Assembly: GCA_030040915.1 (NCBI GenBank)
Contig: JASHSI010000040.1
Span: forward strand, 1-40,393
Source of the DNA: Thermoplasmata archaeon
GTDB lineage: Archaea > Thermoplasmatota > Thermoplasmata > Lutacidiplasmatales > UBA184
Length of the DNA: 40,393 bases
Direction: 5' to 3'
The notes beneath the pieces are model-generated. The model worked only from the letters and a program-made list of their open reading frames with translations, ran no database searches and was not told the origin of the DNA. Every line of letters starts with the position of its first letter. The stretch's first letter is position 1. Of this stretch, positions 26,238 to 35,926 are shown one piece after another. The position numbers were made by a program, and so were the translations under genes.

Positions 26238-27171
26238 GGACCGCCTGGGTCATCTTCAGCGCGTCCTCCCGGGGGCGCTGCCAGAGGTTCCGCCCGAAGA
26301 TGATCCCGGTCGCCCCGCCGGCCATCGACTCCCGGACCTTCTCGAGGAGCTCGGGGTCCCCGACCTTCTCCCCGCCGGAGACGAGGACGAGGGCGCGCCC
26401 GGCGCTCTCCACGACCTTCCGGAAGGCGTCGACGGGGGAAAGGTCGAGGGTGTTGTACGGCGGCGGGCTCTCCTTGTCCTTCTCCGACCGGACCGGATAG
26501 TTGAGCTTCACGATGTCCGCCCCGAGCTCGAGGGCGACCCGGGCGGCGTAGTCGACCGCCCAGAGGCTCTCCTTCCCGCCCTTCTTCGCGACGGCCTCCC
26601 CCCTCGGGTACGCCCAGACGATGACGGGCAGCCCGAGGCGCTCGGCGTCCCTCCGGACCCCGCGGAACTGCTCGAAGTCCCGGTCCTGGCTTGGCGAACC
26701 GACGTAGACCGTGTAGCCGACGGCGTCGGCGCCGAGCCGGGCGGCGTCCTCGACGGTTCCGGTGAGGGGACTGAACGCTTGGGCGTCCGACGGGATCGAG
26801 GTCTTCCCGTTGAGCTTGAGGATCAGTGGCACCTCGCCGGTGTACTCCCCGAAATACTTCTCCGCGAGGCCGATGTGGAGCGCGATCGCCGAGAACCGGC
26901 CATCGCGGGCGAGGCGGAACTGGTACTCCGGGTCGAGCGCGTCCGGGTTCGAGAAGAAGTCGACCGGACCGTGCTCGAGCCCCTGGTCGATGGGGAGCAC
27001 GAGGAGGGTGCCGCCGCCCGGTCCATGGTGGTAGAGGAGGCGCTTGAGGCGCACGAGCTTGCCGAGCGACAGGCCCATCGAGGAGAGGGCGGGTCGCCGG
27101 AACGTTCTCGCCGATGGGGCGGACGACGGGCCGGAGGTCGATCCGATCGGGCGGGCGGAAGGGGCGTCCAT
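26200..27171 (-). CDS. Class I (DhnA-type) fructose-bisphosphate aldolase
   Basis: LPIDQGLEHGP, ILKLNG, LGADAVGYTVYVGS, WAYPRG, ELGADIVK, SGG and GRNLWQ motifs. Start is 27171 (TTAAA box near 27205) or 27078. Confidence 0.9.
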   Translation of the reverse strand: MDAPSARPIGSTSGPSSAPSARTFRRPALSSMGLSLGKLVRLKRLLYHHGPGGGTLLVLPIDQGLEHGPVDFFSNPDALDPEYQFRLARDGRFSAIALHIGLAEKYFGEYTGEVPLILKLNGKTSIPSDAQAFSPLTGTVEDAARLGADAVGYTVYVGSPSQDRDFEQFRGVRRDAERLGLPVIVWAYPRGEAVAKKGGKESLWAVDYAARVALELGADIVKLNYPVRSEKDKESPPPYNTLDLSPVDAFRKVVESAGRALVLVSGGEKVGDPELLEKVRESMAGGATGIIFGRNLWQRPREDALKMTQAVHAIFREHAEPYR

Positions 27172-27281
27172 CGCTCCGGTCGCCGCATCCAACGGGGCCG
27201 CTTTAAGGCTTGGTCAACGCGCGCGACGCTCCGCGGCGGCCGCGCCTTTATTCGCCGCGGCCCCCGTAGGAGAGCCCCCGG

Positions 27282-28166
27282 ATGCGGTCCCAGTTCATCG
27301 TCGGCGCGACGATCGCCGTCAACGCCGTGCTGTTCGTCGCCCTTTACGCGGTCGGCACGATCACGGGGAGCCACGCGGTCCTCTCCCAGGCGGTCTACGC
27401 GATCTCCGACCTCATCGGCGCGGTCCTGCTCGCGGGGGGGTTCGTCGCCTCCCAGCTCCCGCCGGACGACCGCCATCCGTTCGGGCGGGGGAAAGAGCGG
27501 TACTTCTGGGCGTTCACCGCCTCTCTCGTCACGTTCACGGTCGCCGGCCTCCTCGTCATCGCCGACGGGCTCCAGGCGCTCGGCCATCCCGGCAACGTGA
27601 CCGACCTCCCGTTCGCGGCGCTGATCCTCGTCCTGACCGTGGGATCGAGCCTGGTCACCCTCTACGTCACGCTCCGGGAGCTCCGCCGGGAGAACACCAC
27701 CCTCCTCTCCTTCCTCGAGTCCTCCCACCTCGGGCTCAAGATCGTCTTCTACCAGGACCTCGTCTCGATCGTCGGGGCGTTCGTCGCCCTCTCGGGGATC
27801 CTCCTCGTCGACGTCACCCACCGGGACGTCTTCGACCCGTTGGCCTCGCTCGGCGTGGGGATCCTCCTGTTCATCACCGGCCTCCTCGTCGCCGCCGAAT
27901 CGCGCGAGCTCCTCGTGGGGAAGGCGATCTCCCCGGCGATCGCCCGCACCATCCTGCAGATGGTCGAGCGGGACGCGAGGGTCCGCAGGGTCCGCGGCCT
28001 CCAGTCGATGATGCTCGGGCCGGAGGACCTCCTCGTCGCTCTTCGAGTGAACTTCCAGGACGGCCTCACCACCGACCAGATCGAGGGGGCGATCGACCAG
28101 ATCTCCGCCTCCCTGCGGGAGGCGATGCCGGCGATGCGCCACCTCCTCATCGAGCCGGAATCGTAG
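27282..28166 (+). CDS. Cation diffusion facilitator (CDF) transporter
   Basis: PPDDRHPFGRGKERYFW, QDLVS, FDPLAS and ESRELLVG motifs; C-terminal cytoplasmic domain ending IEPE. Confidence 0.9.
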   Translation: MRSQFIVGATIAVNAVLFVALYAVGTITGSHAVLSQAVYAISDLIGAVLLAGGFVASQLPPDDRHPFGRGKERYFWAFTASLVTFTVAGLLVIADGLQALGHPGNVTDLPFAALILVLTVGSSLVTLYVTLRELRRENTTLLSFLESSHLGLKIVFYQDLVSIVGAFVALSGILLVDVTHRDVFDPLASLGVGILLFITGLLVAAESRELLVGKAISPAIARTILQMVERDARVRRVRGLQSMMLGPEDLLVALRVNFQDGLTTDQIEGAIDQISASLREAMPAMRHLLIEPES

Positions 28167-28199
28167 CCGGATCCCGGGCACCGTCGGAGGACCGGCCCG

Positions 28200-29420
28200 C
28201 TACGTGGGGGGCGCTCCGCGGAGCCGCAGGGCGGTCAGGACCACGAGACCGGCCGCGATCCCACCGAAGTAGACGTCGAGCCCGGCGGCCCCGTACGTGT
28301 CGAAGAGGGAGGTCGAGACCAAGAGGCCGATGAGCATCCCGAGGCTGATCGAGAGCGTGTACACGGCCATCGTCGTCGCCCGAGCGGTCGACCGGCTCGC
28401 GTCCGTGAGCGCCGCGAGCGCGGCCGGCCCGTAGGCGAGCGCCGGCAGGACGCTCACCCCCACGACGGCGATCGCCTCGTCGGAGACCCCCCAGGTCGCG
28501 AGCAGACCGGCCCCGGTGAGCACGCCGACGAAGCCGAGCGTCCCGGTCAGCATGAGCCGGTTCCGCCCGAACCGATCGGCGAGGCGGCCGAAGTACGGTT
28601 GCGTCGCCAGGAGGATCAATCCGCCGCCCCCGATCAGGGCCCCGAGCTCGGTCGGGGGAAGGCCGGCGGTGCTCGCGGCCCCGCCGAGGAAGACGAACAG
28701 CGTCCCGAGGAGGAGATAGATGACGAGCCAGGGAAGGGTCACGAGGAGGATCTCCCGAGCGAGCGCGGCCCGCAACAGCGTCGCGAGGTGGATCCGAGGG
28801 GCCGGGCGGGCCGGCTCCGGCCGACCCCGCAGCGAGACGAAGGCGAAGCCGAACCCGGCCGCGAGGACGCCGCCCCCGAGGATGAACATGAGGGCGAGGT
28901 CGGAGTTCGGCAGCGTGCCCAACAGCGCGAACCCGACCGCGAAGCCGAGCACCCACCCCATGAGGTTCATCGCGTCGAACCGTCCCATCTCGTAGCCGCG
29001 CACATCGGCGCCGGCCTCGTCGCCCACGAGAGCGAGGCTCGTGGTCAGGATCGCGCCACTCGCGACCCCGAACAGGAAGTTGAGGGGCCCCAGGTAGTAC
29101 GGGTCGCGCGAGATCGCGCACAGCAGCATCAACGCCGCCGCCCCGGCGATCGCCACGGTGAGCACGGGGAAGCGCCCCCGACGGTCGGCGAGCTGGCCGG
29201 AGAGGAGGACCGTCGAGAACTCCCCCGCCGGGGCGAGCGCCGAGACGAGGCCGATCGTCCCCAGGGACTCGGTCCCGAACCCGAGGCTCGTCTTGGCGAT
29301 GTACGAGGCGAAGACGCTCAGCGTGAGCCCGAAGGCGAAGCGGACGAGGAAGGTCGCCCCGAAGACGACGCGCAGCACCCGAGGGCGGTCCGCCCACGTC
29401 GGTTCGGGCGCGCCGCTCAC
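28200..29420 (-). CDS. MFS transporter
   Basis: About 12 TM segments; motif A twice (GQLADRRGR and GRLADRFGR). Confidence 0.9.
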   Translation of the reverse strand: MSGAPEPTWADRPRVLRVVFGATFLVRFAFGLTLSVFASYIAKTSLGFGTESLGTIGLVSALAPAGEFSTVLLSGQLADRRGRFPVLTVAIAGAAALMLLCAISRDPYYLGPLNFLFGVASGAILTTSLALVGDEAGADVRGYEMGRFDAMNLMGWVLGFAVGFALLGTLPNSDLALMFILGGGVLAAGFGFAFVSLRGRPEPARPAPRIHLATLLRAALAREILLVTLPWLVIYLLLGTLFVFLGGAASTAGLPPTELGALIGGGGLILLATQPYFGRLADRFGRNRLMLTGTLGFVGVLTGAGLLATWGVSDEAIAVVGVSVLPALAYGPAALAALTDASRSTARATTMAVYTLSISLGMLIGLLVSTSLFDTYGAAGLDVYFGGIAAGLVVLTALRLRGAPPT

Positions 29421-29427
29421 GCGCGGA

Positions 29428-29820
29428 TCACCGCGATTCCCGGACGGGCCGCTCGAGGAGCTCGATCCAGACGTCGTCGGGGTCGAGCACGAAGGCGATC
29501 CGGCCGGAGCCGCCCTTCAACGAGTACGGCTCCTTGGCGACCCGCACCCCCTTCGCCCGGGCCCGGGTGAGGAAGGCGTCGAGCTCGGGGACCTCGAACG
29601 CGAGGTGGTCGAGCTGCTCGCCGGGATCGATCTCCTCCTTCCCCTCCCAGTAGGTGAGCTCGATCCGGGACCCGCTCTCCGGGTCCCGCACGAACGCGAT
29701 CTCCGCGCGGTTCTCGGGGATCGGGCGGCGGCGCTCGAACTCGAGACCCAAGACCTCCGTATAGAACGCGAGGCTTCGCTCGAGGTCCCGTACCGTGATG
29801 GAGGTGTGGGCGAACCGCAC
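29428..29820 (-). CDS. VOC-family protein (glyoxalase I / lactoylglutathione lyase-like)
   Basis: HTSITVRDLERSLAFYTEVLG, IELTY, DHLAFEV and FVLDPD..WIEL motifs. Confidence 0.88.
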   Translation of the reverse strand: MRFAHTSITVRDLERSLAFYTEVLGLEFERRRPIPENRAEIAFVRDPESGSRIELTYWEGKEEIDPGEQLDHLAFEVPELDAFLTRARAKGVRVAKEPYSLKGGSGRIAFVLDPDDVWIELLERPVRESR

Positions 29821-29877
29821 CTTGGTCCCCGCGGGAGGTAAGCGGCGGTCCGACGGTATAGGGATTACGATACCCAG

Positions 29878-31608
29878 CTACGGGTGGCCGAAGCATACCC
29901 GGAGGGGCGAGACGCCCGGTACCTGGTCCGTTTCCACCCGGACGAAGCCGATCCGCTCGAACTGGAAGACCTGTCGGGGGGTCGCCTCGGCGAGGGCCGC
30001 CTCGCCGAGCCCGATCCGGTGGGTGCCGTCGGGGTCGAGCAACGAGACCGGGACGGCTCCGGACGCGCCGACCCACTGGACCCGGGGCAGCTTGCGGTTC
30101 TCCCGGGAAGTGAAGCGCGCCGGAACGGGACCGCTCACGGGGAGGGGGCTCGGGAGCTCGATGTTGACAAGATCCTTGAGCCGGATCTCCCCCCCGGGAT
30201 GCGCGGCGAGGTCCGAACCCGCGAGGAGGAAGCGGGGCCCGGCGGGCACGCTCCGCCGTCCGAGCTCCGGCCGGTCCGGGTGGTTCGGGAGCTCGGTCCG
30301 GGCGAGTTCGGGGGGGTAGTCCGCGACCTCCACCTCCCGAGCGTCGATCACGGCCGACCGACGGGGGGTCGTCGGGTCGATCAGCTGGCGGTTCTCCGCA
30401 TAGAGCGTCTCCGCCGGTACCTCGATGTCGGCGAGGGAGAGCCCGAAGCCGAGCGTGAAACGGCGGAGGGCCTCCGGCTCGATCCCCCGCCGGTCGAGCG
30501 AATCGATCGACCAGAGCCTCGGGTCGGCCCACCCGTCGTACTCGCCGGACCGGACCTGCTGGTAGCCCTTGCTCTTCGAGATCTTCGCCTCGGCGACCCT
30601 AAGAAGGCCCCAGTGGAGGAACGGGGGTCCGCGCTCCCCGAGGAGCTTCCAGACGAACGCTTCCATTCGGTCCTCCATCACGAGGTCCTTTCCCCGGAGG
30701 ACGTGCGTGATGCCGAGCTCGATGTCGTCGACGGCCCACGAGAACTCGAGCATCGGCCAGACCCTCCAGCGGCGGCCCACCCGCGGGTGGTCGAGGTCGC
30801 TCAGGCGGCAGAGCACACGATCCCGGAAGGCGGGGTCCGGATCCGCGAGGTCCGTACGCAATCGGAGGACCGCCTCGCCCGGCGCAAATCCTCCGTCGAG
30901 CATCTTCTGCCAGAGGTCGGCGGTCTCCCCGCCCGGCTGGGATCGTTCCGGGCAGGCGGTCCCCTTCGCCCGGTTCGCCTGCAGCGTCTCCGCGGGGCAG
31001 GTGCAGACGTACGCCCCTCCGGCGTCGATCACCCGCCGGGCCCATCGGTAGACGGTCGGCAGTCGATCGGACTTGTAGAGGACCTCGTCCGGGGGAACCC
31101 CCGCGATGTCGAGGTCGTGCCGGATGACGTCGAAGAGCTCGGGCGCGATCCGCTTCTCCTGCGACCCGACCGTGTCGTCGAAGACGAGGAGCAGGCGGCC
31201 GTGGTGGAGCCGCCGGTAGTAGTCGTTCACGTAGAGCATCCGGGCGTTGCCGATGTGCAGCGCCCCCGAGGGGAACGGTGCGAGCCGTAGGACGACCTTG
31301 CCGTCGATCGCGTCCGGAAGCTCGGGGAGCGCCCCCTCCTCGCGGCCCTTCGCCTCCCGCGGAGAGCTACGGATTGGTCCCCCAAGGCGTTCGAGCTCGG
31401 CCCGCTGGGCGTCGAGCGAGAGCGCTGCCACCTCCGAGACCACGGCGTCGATCGCCGAGCGGACCTCCGCGGACCGGCCCCGGAGCTCGGGGTTCGTTCC
31501 CAGGACCTTCGATAGGAGGGGACCGGCCGCCGCGTGGCCCCCGTGCCCGGAGGCGTTCTCAAGGGCCATGCGTCGAATCGTGCCGAGGAGCGCCGGGTCG
31601 AGGGCCAC
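29878..31608 (-). CDS. gltX: Glutamyl-tRNA synthetase (archaeal, presumably non-discriminating)
   Basis: RLAPFPSGALHIGN, YVCTC, THVLRGKD, KISKS, GWADPRL and FQFERIGF motifs. Confidence 0.96.
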   Translation of the reverse strand: MALDPALLGTIRRMALENASGHGGHAAAGPLLSKVLGTNPELRGRSAEVRSAIDAVVSEVAALSLDAQRAELERLGGPIRSSPREAKGREEGALPELPDAIDGKVVLRLAPFPSGALHIGNARMLYVNDYYRRLHHGRLLLVFDDTVGSQEKRIAPELFDVIRHDLDIAGVPPDEVLYKSDRLPTVYRWARRVIDAGGAYVCTCPAETLQANRAKGTACPERSQPGGETADLWQKMLDGGFAPGEAVLRLRTDLADPDPAFRDRVLCRLSDLDHPRVGRRWRVWPMLEFSWAVDDIELGITHVLRGKDLVMEDRMEAFVWKLLGERGPPFLHWGLLRVAEAKISKSKGYQQVRSGEYDGWADPRLWSIDSLDRRGIEPEALRRFTLGFGLSLADIEVPAETLYAENRQLIDPTTPRRSAVIDAREVEVADYPPELARTELPNHPDRPELGRRSVPAGPRFLLAGSDLAAHPGGEIRLKDLVNIELPSPLPVSGPVPARFTSRENRKLPRVQWVGASGAVPVSLLDPDGTHRIGLGEAALAEATPRQVFQFERIGFVRVETDQVPGVSPLRVCFGHP

Positions 31609-31629
31609 GGCGGCCCACCGACGGTCGGG

Positions 31630-32451
31630 TTAAGAACGTTCGGTCGACCGCCGGGGGCGCGCGCCCTGAGAAGGCCGCGCCTGGTAGCGCTGGGCGCCGA
31701 GACCGACTGCCTCGGAGAGCGTCAGCTCGCCCCGGAGCACCCGGTGCGCCTCCGCGCGGGGGATCGTGAATTGGCCGCCGCTGTGCTCCCGGCTCAGCCG
31801 CTGGACGTTCGCGATCTCGCCTGCGGTCACCGGCATGGCGGAGGAGGCATGCGGCTCGACGGGGCGACCCGGGCTCCGGGCGATCACCCGGGCGGCGATC
31901 GCGTCCCGCGGCCTACGGCTCCCCCGGGGGGTCGTGCCCTCCTCGTTGACGATCTCGACGGGGAGGGCGGAGGAGGACAGGGCATTGAGGATCCGCTCGC
32001 GCGCGGGCCGATCGCCATCCCCGACCCGCACCCGGATCGAGCGCTTGGGGAAGCGCCGGTGGAGCTCCTGGGCGAGCTCGGCCGACTCCTCCGGTCGGCG
32101 GAGGTTCCCCTCGGCGAGGCATCGCTCATCGGAAAGGACCGCATATCCCGGTCGGGGGCCCGGATCGAGGCCCAGCAGGATCTCGGTCGATGGGCTCGCC
32201 GGGTGCAGGGCCTGCTCGACCGCGGCCCAAAGCGCCGTGCGGTCCGTGCCCGGGGCGATTGGGATCACGCGAGGGTGTCGGAAGCGGCCCGCCTCCTCTG
32301 GGGTCGTTAGGACCACCGACACTTCGGCCGGGATCCGCTGGCCCGGGACGAGGCTCACGCACGAAAGATGACGCTCGCGCAATTCGCCGGCGAGCTCCTC
32401 GTACAGCCGGGCGTCCAACGTAGCGAGGGCTACGCACCGGGCTCTCAACAT
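31630..32451 (-). CDS. Conserved hypothetical protein with an RNase H-like (YqgF/RuvC-like) fold
   Basis: LLGLDPGPRPGYAV, VRVGDG, VNEEGTT and DAIAA provide candidate acidic catalytic residues. Confidence 0.6.
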   Translation of the reverse strand: MLRARCVALATLDARLYEELAGELRERHLSCVSLVPGQRIPAEVSVVLTTPEEAGRFRHPRVIPIAPGTDRTALWAAVEQALHPASPSTEILLGLDPGPRPGYAVLSDERCLAEGNLRRPEESAELAQELHRRFPKRSIRVRVGDGDRPARERILNALSSSALPVEIVNEEGTTPRGSRRPRDAIAARVIARSPGRPVEPHASSAMPVTAGEIANVQRLSREHSGGQFTIPRAEAHRVLRGELTLSEAVGLGAQRYQARPSQGARPRRSTERS

Positions 32452-32492
32452 CCTCTACAACGCTGATATGCGCCATATAGCCTTCGGGGTGC

Positions 32493-32780
32493 GTGGTGGA
32501 ATGCCCTTACTGCCAGGCGAGGGCGTTACCGGGCCACGGGTTCTGCGGTTACTGCGGTCGACCTCTTCCGCCCGAATCCAGCCCCTCCGGGCCCTCGGGA
32601 ACCTCGGCCCCGCCGGGCGTCCTCCCGATCGATTGGGTCCCTCCCTCGCTGGCCGGCCGCGCGAAGCATTGCCCCCGCTGCAACACCCTGATATCGACCG
32701 CTTCGGTGGTCTGCCCGGCATGCCTCGCACCGGTCCGGAGCCCCGCCGGCGTGGACGGAGGGGCCGTCGCACCGCCCTGA
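32493..32780 (+). CDS. Double zinc-ribbon protein
   Basis: CPYC..CGYC and CPRC..CPAC pairs; its TGA overlaps the rnp4 ATG. Confidence 0.6.
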   Translation: MVECPYCQARALPGHGFCGYCGRPLPPESSPSGPSGTSAPPGVLPIDWVPPSLAGRAKHCPRCNTLISTASVVCPACLAPVRSPAGVDGGAVAPP

Positions 32781-33190
32781 TGGTCCAGGCGGCCCGCTCC
32801 CGGATCGACGATCTGTTCGGCCTCGCGATGATCGAGGGGCTGAAGCGCCCCGCTCCGCTCGCCGATCGCTACGTCGTCCTCGCCCGATCGGTGGGAACCC
32901 GATACAACGTGCGCATACCGCCGGAGTACCGAGAGCTCTACTGTCGGGGTTGCTCCTCGTATTGGACCGAGGGGAGGACGGTCCGAAGCCGTCTCCGCGG
33001 AGCCCACCGGGTCCGCACCTGCCTCGTGTGTGGGAGGGTCCAGCGGACCCCGCTCCGTCCGCGCGCGACCGCCTCCGGGGAGCCCGCCGAATCCGTCCGG
33101 CTCGGGGAGGTCCCGCAGTCGATGCTCGCCGAGGAGCCCACGGACCTCGACGAGGAGGCGGCCGAGCTCGGCTCCCCGGACGAGGAGTAA
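32780..33190 (+). CDS. rnp4: Ribonuclease P protein component 4 (Rpp21)
   Basis: ARSRIDDLF and ADRYVVLARSVGTRYNVRIP motifs; CRGC...CLVC zinc site; R.P motif. Confidence 0.88.
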   Translation: MVQAARSRIDDLFGLAMIEGLKRPAPLADRYVVLARSVGTRYNVRIPPEYRELYCRGCSSYWTEGRTVRSRLRGAHRVRTCLVCGRVQRTPLRPRATASGEPAESVRLGEVPQSMLAEEPTDLDEEAAELGSPDEE

Positions 33191-33223
33191 GGCCAAAGGG
33201 GCGGGTCGGCTCGCCCCTCACGT

Positions 33224-33306
33224 GCCGGGGTGGCCGAGCGGCCAAAGGCGGCAGACTCAAGATCTGCTCTCGCAGGAGTTCCCAGGTTCAAATCCTGGCC
33301 CCGGCA
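33224..33306 (+). tRNA. tRNA-Leu(CAA), intronless
   Basis: GCCGGGG/CCCCGGC acceptor, anticodon arm GCAGA-CTCAAGA-TCTGC, long variable arm, T-arm CCAGG-TTCAAAT-CCTGG. Confidence 0.96.
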
Positions 33307-33439
33307 GCCGAGTCGCTGCGGCTTGCCGAGCGGGGTGCCGTTCGAGGAGGATCGACCAGGGGCCCGGAAGGTCAACGGTGGTCGACGGAACCACAACGTC
33401 CGACCCGAGGCCGTACACCCCCCGGTTGGTTCGGCCCCC

Positions 33440-34063
33440 GTGAGCTCGATGCGCCGCGTCGATCTCGCCCGCCGCATCGGGCGGATCCCCGCGTTCCCAT
33501 CCCCGAACCTGGCGCTCGAGCAGGTTGTGACCCCGGCTGCCATCGCCGCGGAACTACTCCAGGAAGCGTTCGGACGAGGCGACCTGACGAGCGGCCCGGT
33601 CGTCGACCTCGGCTGCGGCACGGGTCGCCTCGCCATCGGGGCCGCCATCATGGGAGCCCGGCCGGTGATCGGGATCGACGCCGATCCGATCGCCCTCCGC
33701 GTGGCCGAGCGGGCCGCCGCATCCCTCAAGGTCCACGTCGAATTCCGGGCCGGGTCGCTTCCCGGCGCACCCGTCCCCGAGGGCACAGTGATCATGAATC
33801 CGCCGTTCGGGGCCCAACGGAAGAGGGCGGACCGACCGTTCTGGGACGTCGCGCTCCGGGCCGGTCGCCGGGCCGTGTACGCGTTCGCCCTCGCCGAGTC
33901 CCGAAACTTTATAGCGGCCCTCGCGGTCGAGCGAGAGGCCCAAATCGAAGCGACCCGTTCGGTCCCCTGGACACTTTCCGCTACCTTCGCCCATCATCGG
34001 AGGAGGTCGGTGGACCTGCCGGTCGACCTCTGGGTGTTGCGCACGGGCAAGGATTCGGGATGA
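33440..34063 (+). CDS. METTL5-family (COG2263) RNA adenine methyltransferase
   Basis: LEQ..TP, DLGCGTGRL, MNPPFGAQ, AD.PF and F.HH motifs; directly upstream of csl4. Start is 33440 or 33449. Confidence 0.85.
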   Translation: MSSMRRVDLARRIGRIPAFPSPNLALEQVVTPAAIAAELLQEAFGRGDLTSGPVVDLGCGTGRLAIGAAIMGARPVIGIDADPIALRVAERAAASLKVHVEFRAGSLPGAPVPEGTVIMNPPFGAQRKRADRPFWDVALRAGRRAVYAFALAESRNFIAALAVEREAQIEATRSVPWTLSATFAHHRRRSVDLPVDLWVLRTGKDSG

Positions 34064-34668
34064 GCGGACACGGTGGCGATCGGCTGGTGGTTCCCGGAGA
34101 GCTTCTCGGCACCGCGGAGGAGTTCGTGCCGGGACATGGCACCTACGAGGATGGCGGTCGGATCTACGCGGCGCTCCTCGGCCACAGCCAGGTCGATCCT
34201 TCCGACCGCGCCATCCGGGTCCGGGCCCTCAACGCGATCCCGCGCCTCGCCGACAACGATGAGATCATCGGGCGGGTGGACGAGCTCAAGAGCGCGATGG
34301 CCATCGTTTCGATCCTCGCCGCGGCCGACACCGGCCGCGGGGCCCCTGGGACTCCGGAGGGGACCATCCACATCTCCAAGGCGAAGGATGGCTACACCGA
34401 GTCGCTCGCCGACGAGTTCGCCCCGGGCGACCTCGTGATCGCGCGGATCATCCAGAGCAAACCGACCGTCAAGCTCACTACCGCCCCCCCCGAGCTCGGG
34501 GTCGTCGCGGCTCGTTGCCAGCTCTGCCACGCCCTCCTGGGCCAGCGGGAGCGGGACCTCGAATGCCCGAGATGCGGCCACCGGGAGCGGCGCAAGATCG
34601 CCTCGCGCTACGGGCAGGCGTTCGGTAGCGCCGGGGCCCCGACCGGCCCACATGCCGAGCGATCGTAG
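34060..34668 (+). CDS. csl4: Exosome complex RNA-binding protein Csl4
   Basis: VVPGELLGTAEEFVPGHGTYE N-terminus, S1 domain (IHISK, GDLVIARI), LGVVAARC..C...CPRCGHRERRK zinc ribbon. Confidence 0.93.
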   Translation: MSGHGGDRLVVPGELLGTAEEFVPGHGTYEDGGRIYAALLGHSQVDPSDRAIRVRALNAIPRLADNDEIIGRVDELKSAMAIVSILAAADTGRGAPGTPEGTIHISKAKDGYTESLADEFAPGDLVIARIIQSKPTVKLTTAPPELGVVAARCQLCHALLGQRERDLECPRCGHRERRKIASRYGQAFGSAGAPTGPHAERS

Positions 34669-35878
34669 CGGCGCCGAGCTCGCCCGGCTCGTCCGCGCCC
34701 ACGACCGCTGGCGCGGTCGGGGGGTCTTCAATCTCCTGGCGAGCGAGAACGCGATCTCGCCGGCCGCCCGAAGGTTCTTGTCGAGCGACCTCGCCGGGCG
34801 CTATACCCTCCCGCACGCCCCCCGTCCGGGCGAGCCCGGCACGGACAACGACTACGGGGGGACCCGATTCACCGACCAGATCGAGCGGATGGCCAACGAC
34901 GCCGCGGCCCGCCTGTTCCATGGTCGCTTCGCCACGACCCGGCCCCTCTCCGGGCACCTGGCGGCGATGTCCGCGCTCGTACCGCTCCTACCCCGCGGCG
35001 GACGGCTCCTCGCGATCCCGCCGGAGGACGGCGGGTACGACGGCTACGCTCCGGGCTACCTTCCCGCGATGTTCGGCTGGGAGGGTCGGCCCCTCCCGGC
35101 GAAGGGTCCCGGCGCGTCCCTCACGGCCGAGGCCGCGGCCGAGGAGATCCGACGGGAGCGGCCGAGCATCGTCCTGCTCGGGCAGAGCCGCTTCCTCTTC
35201 CCCTACCCGTTGAAGGAGATCGCCGAGGCCGCCCACGCCCAGGACGCGCTCGTTCTCTACGACGCCTCCCACGTCCTCGGGCTCCTCGCCGGAGGCGAGT
35301 TCCAGGACCCGCTCCGCGAGGGGGCGGACGTGGTGTACGGGAGCACGCACAAGTCCCTCCCCGGGCCCCAAGGAGGGCTCCTCGTGACCGACCGGGAGGA
35401 TCTCTTCCAGCAGATCGATCCCGCCCTCACCTGGAGGGTGTTCGACAACGCGCACTGGAACCGGATCGCCGCGCTCGGGCAGACGCTCCTCGAGATGGAG
35501 CGCCACGGGCCCGAGTACGCCCGGACCGTGGTGGCGAACTCCCAGGCCCTCGCGACCGAGCTCGATCGGCGCGGCCTCCCAATCGTCGCGAAGGAGCTCG
35601 GCTTCAGCCGCTCCCACCAGGTCCATGTCGATCCGGACCGCCTGCTCTCGGACCACGGCCTCCGCCCGTCCGAGCTCTCGTACCGGTGGGAGCGGCAGCG
35701 CCTGCTCACCGACCGGATCGGACGGATCGGGACCGCCGAGGTGACGCGGCTCGGGCTCAAGCCCTCGGACATGCCGAGGATGGCCGAGTTCCTCGATCGG
35801 GCCGGACCGAAGCGCGAGCGGGTCGGCGCTGAGGTCCTCGCCTGGCGCCGGAGCTACCGCTCGCTCGCCTTCACGTAG
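34652..35878 (+). CDS. glyA: Serine hydroxymethyltransferase (archaeal type)
   Basis: NLLASEN, YGG, RPLSG, YDASHVLGL and STHKSLPGPQGG (PLP lysine) motifs, plus RIGTAEVTRLG. Confidence 0.88.
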   Translation: MPSDRSGAELARLVRAHDRWRGRGVFNLLASENAISPAARRFLSSDLAGRYTLPHAPRPGEPGTDNDYGGTRFTDQIERMANDAAARLFHGRFATTRPLSGHLAAMSALVPLLPRGGRLLAIPPEDGGYDGYAPGYLPAMFGWEGRPLPAKGPGASLTAEAAAEEIRRERPSIVLLGQSRFLFPYPLKEIAEAAHAQDALVLYDASHVLGLLAGGEFQDPLREGADVVYGSTHKSLPGPQGGLLVTDREDLFQQIDPALTWRVFDNAHWNRIAALGQTLLEMERHGPEYARTVVANSQALATELDRRGLPIVAKELGFSRSHQVHVDPDRLLSDHGLRPSELSYRWERQRLLTDRIGRIGTAEVTRLGLKPSDMPRMAEFLDRAGPKRERVGAEVLAWRRSYRSLAFT

Positions 35879-35926
35879 GGGAGACGACCCGGCTCGGCCG
35901 GGTCGCCGGGGTCGGACGGGTCCCGC

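Noticed and set aside
32468-32779. 240-aa ORF as an N-terminally extended Rpp21
   Set aside because: Rpp21 similarity starts at ATG 32780, and another frame encodes a coherent 8-Cys zinc-ribbon protein here.
33325-33435. Possible stem-loop RNA between tRNA-Leu(CAA) and the methylase (GGGGTG/CACCCC, TCGACCA/TGGTCGA)
   Set aside because: The stems are short and expected by chance at this GC content; no C/D, H/ACA or SRP boxes are recognisable.
33230-33439. N-terminal extension of the METTL5-like ORF (and the 32950 start for csl4)
   Set aside because: It runs through tRNA-Leu(CAA); homology begins near 33440 and 34060 respectively.
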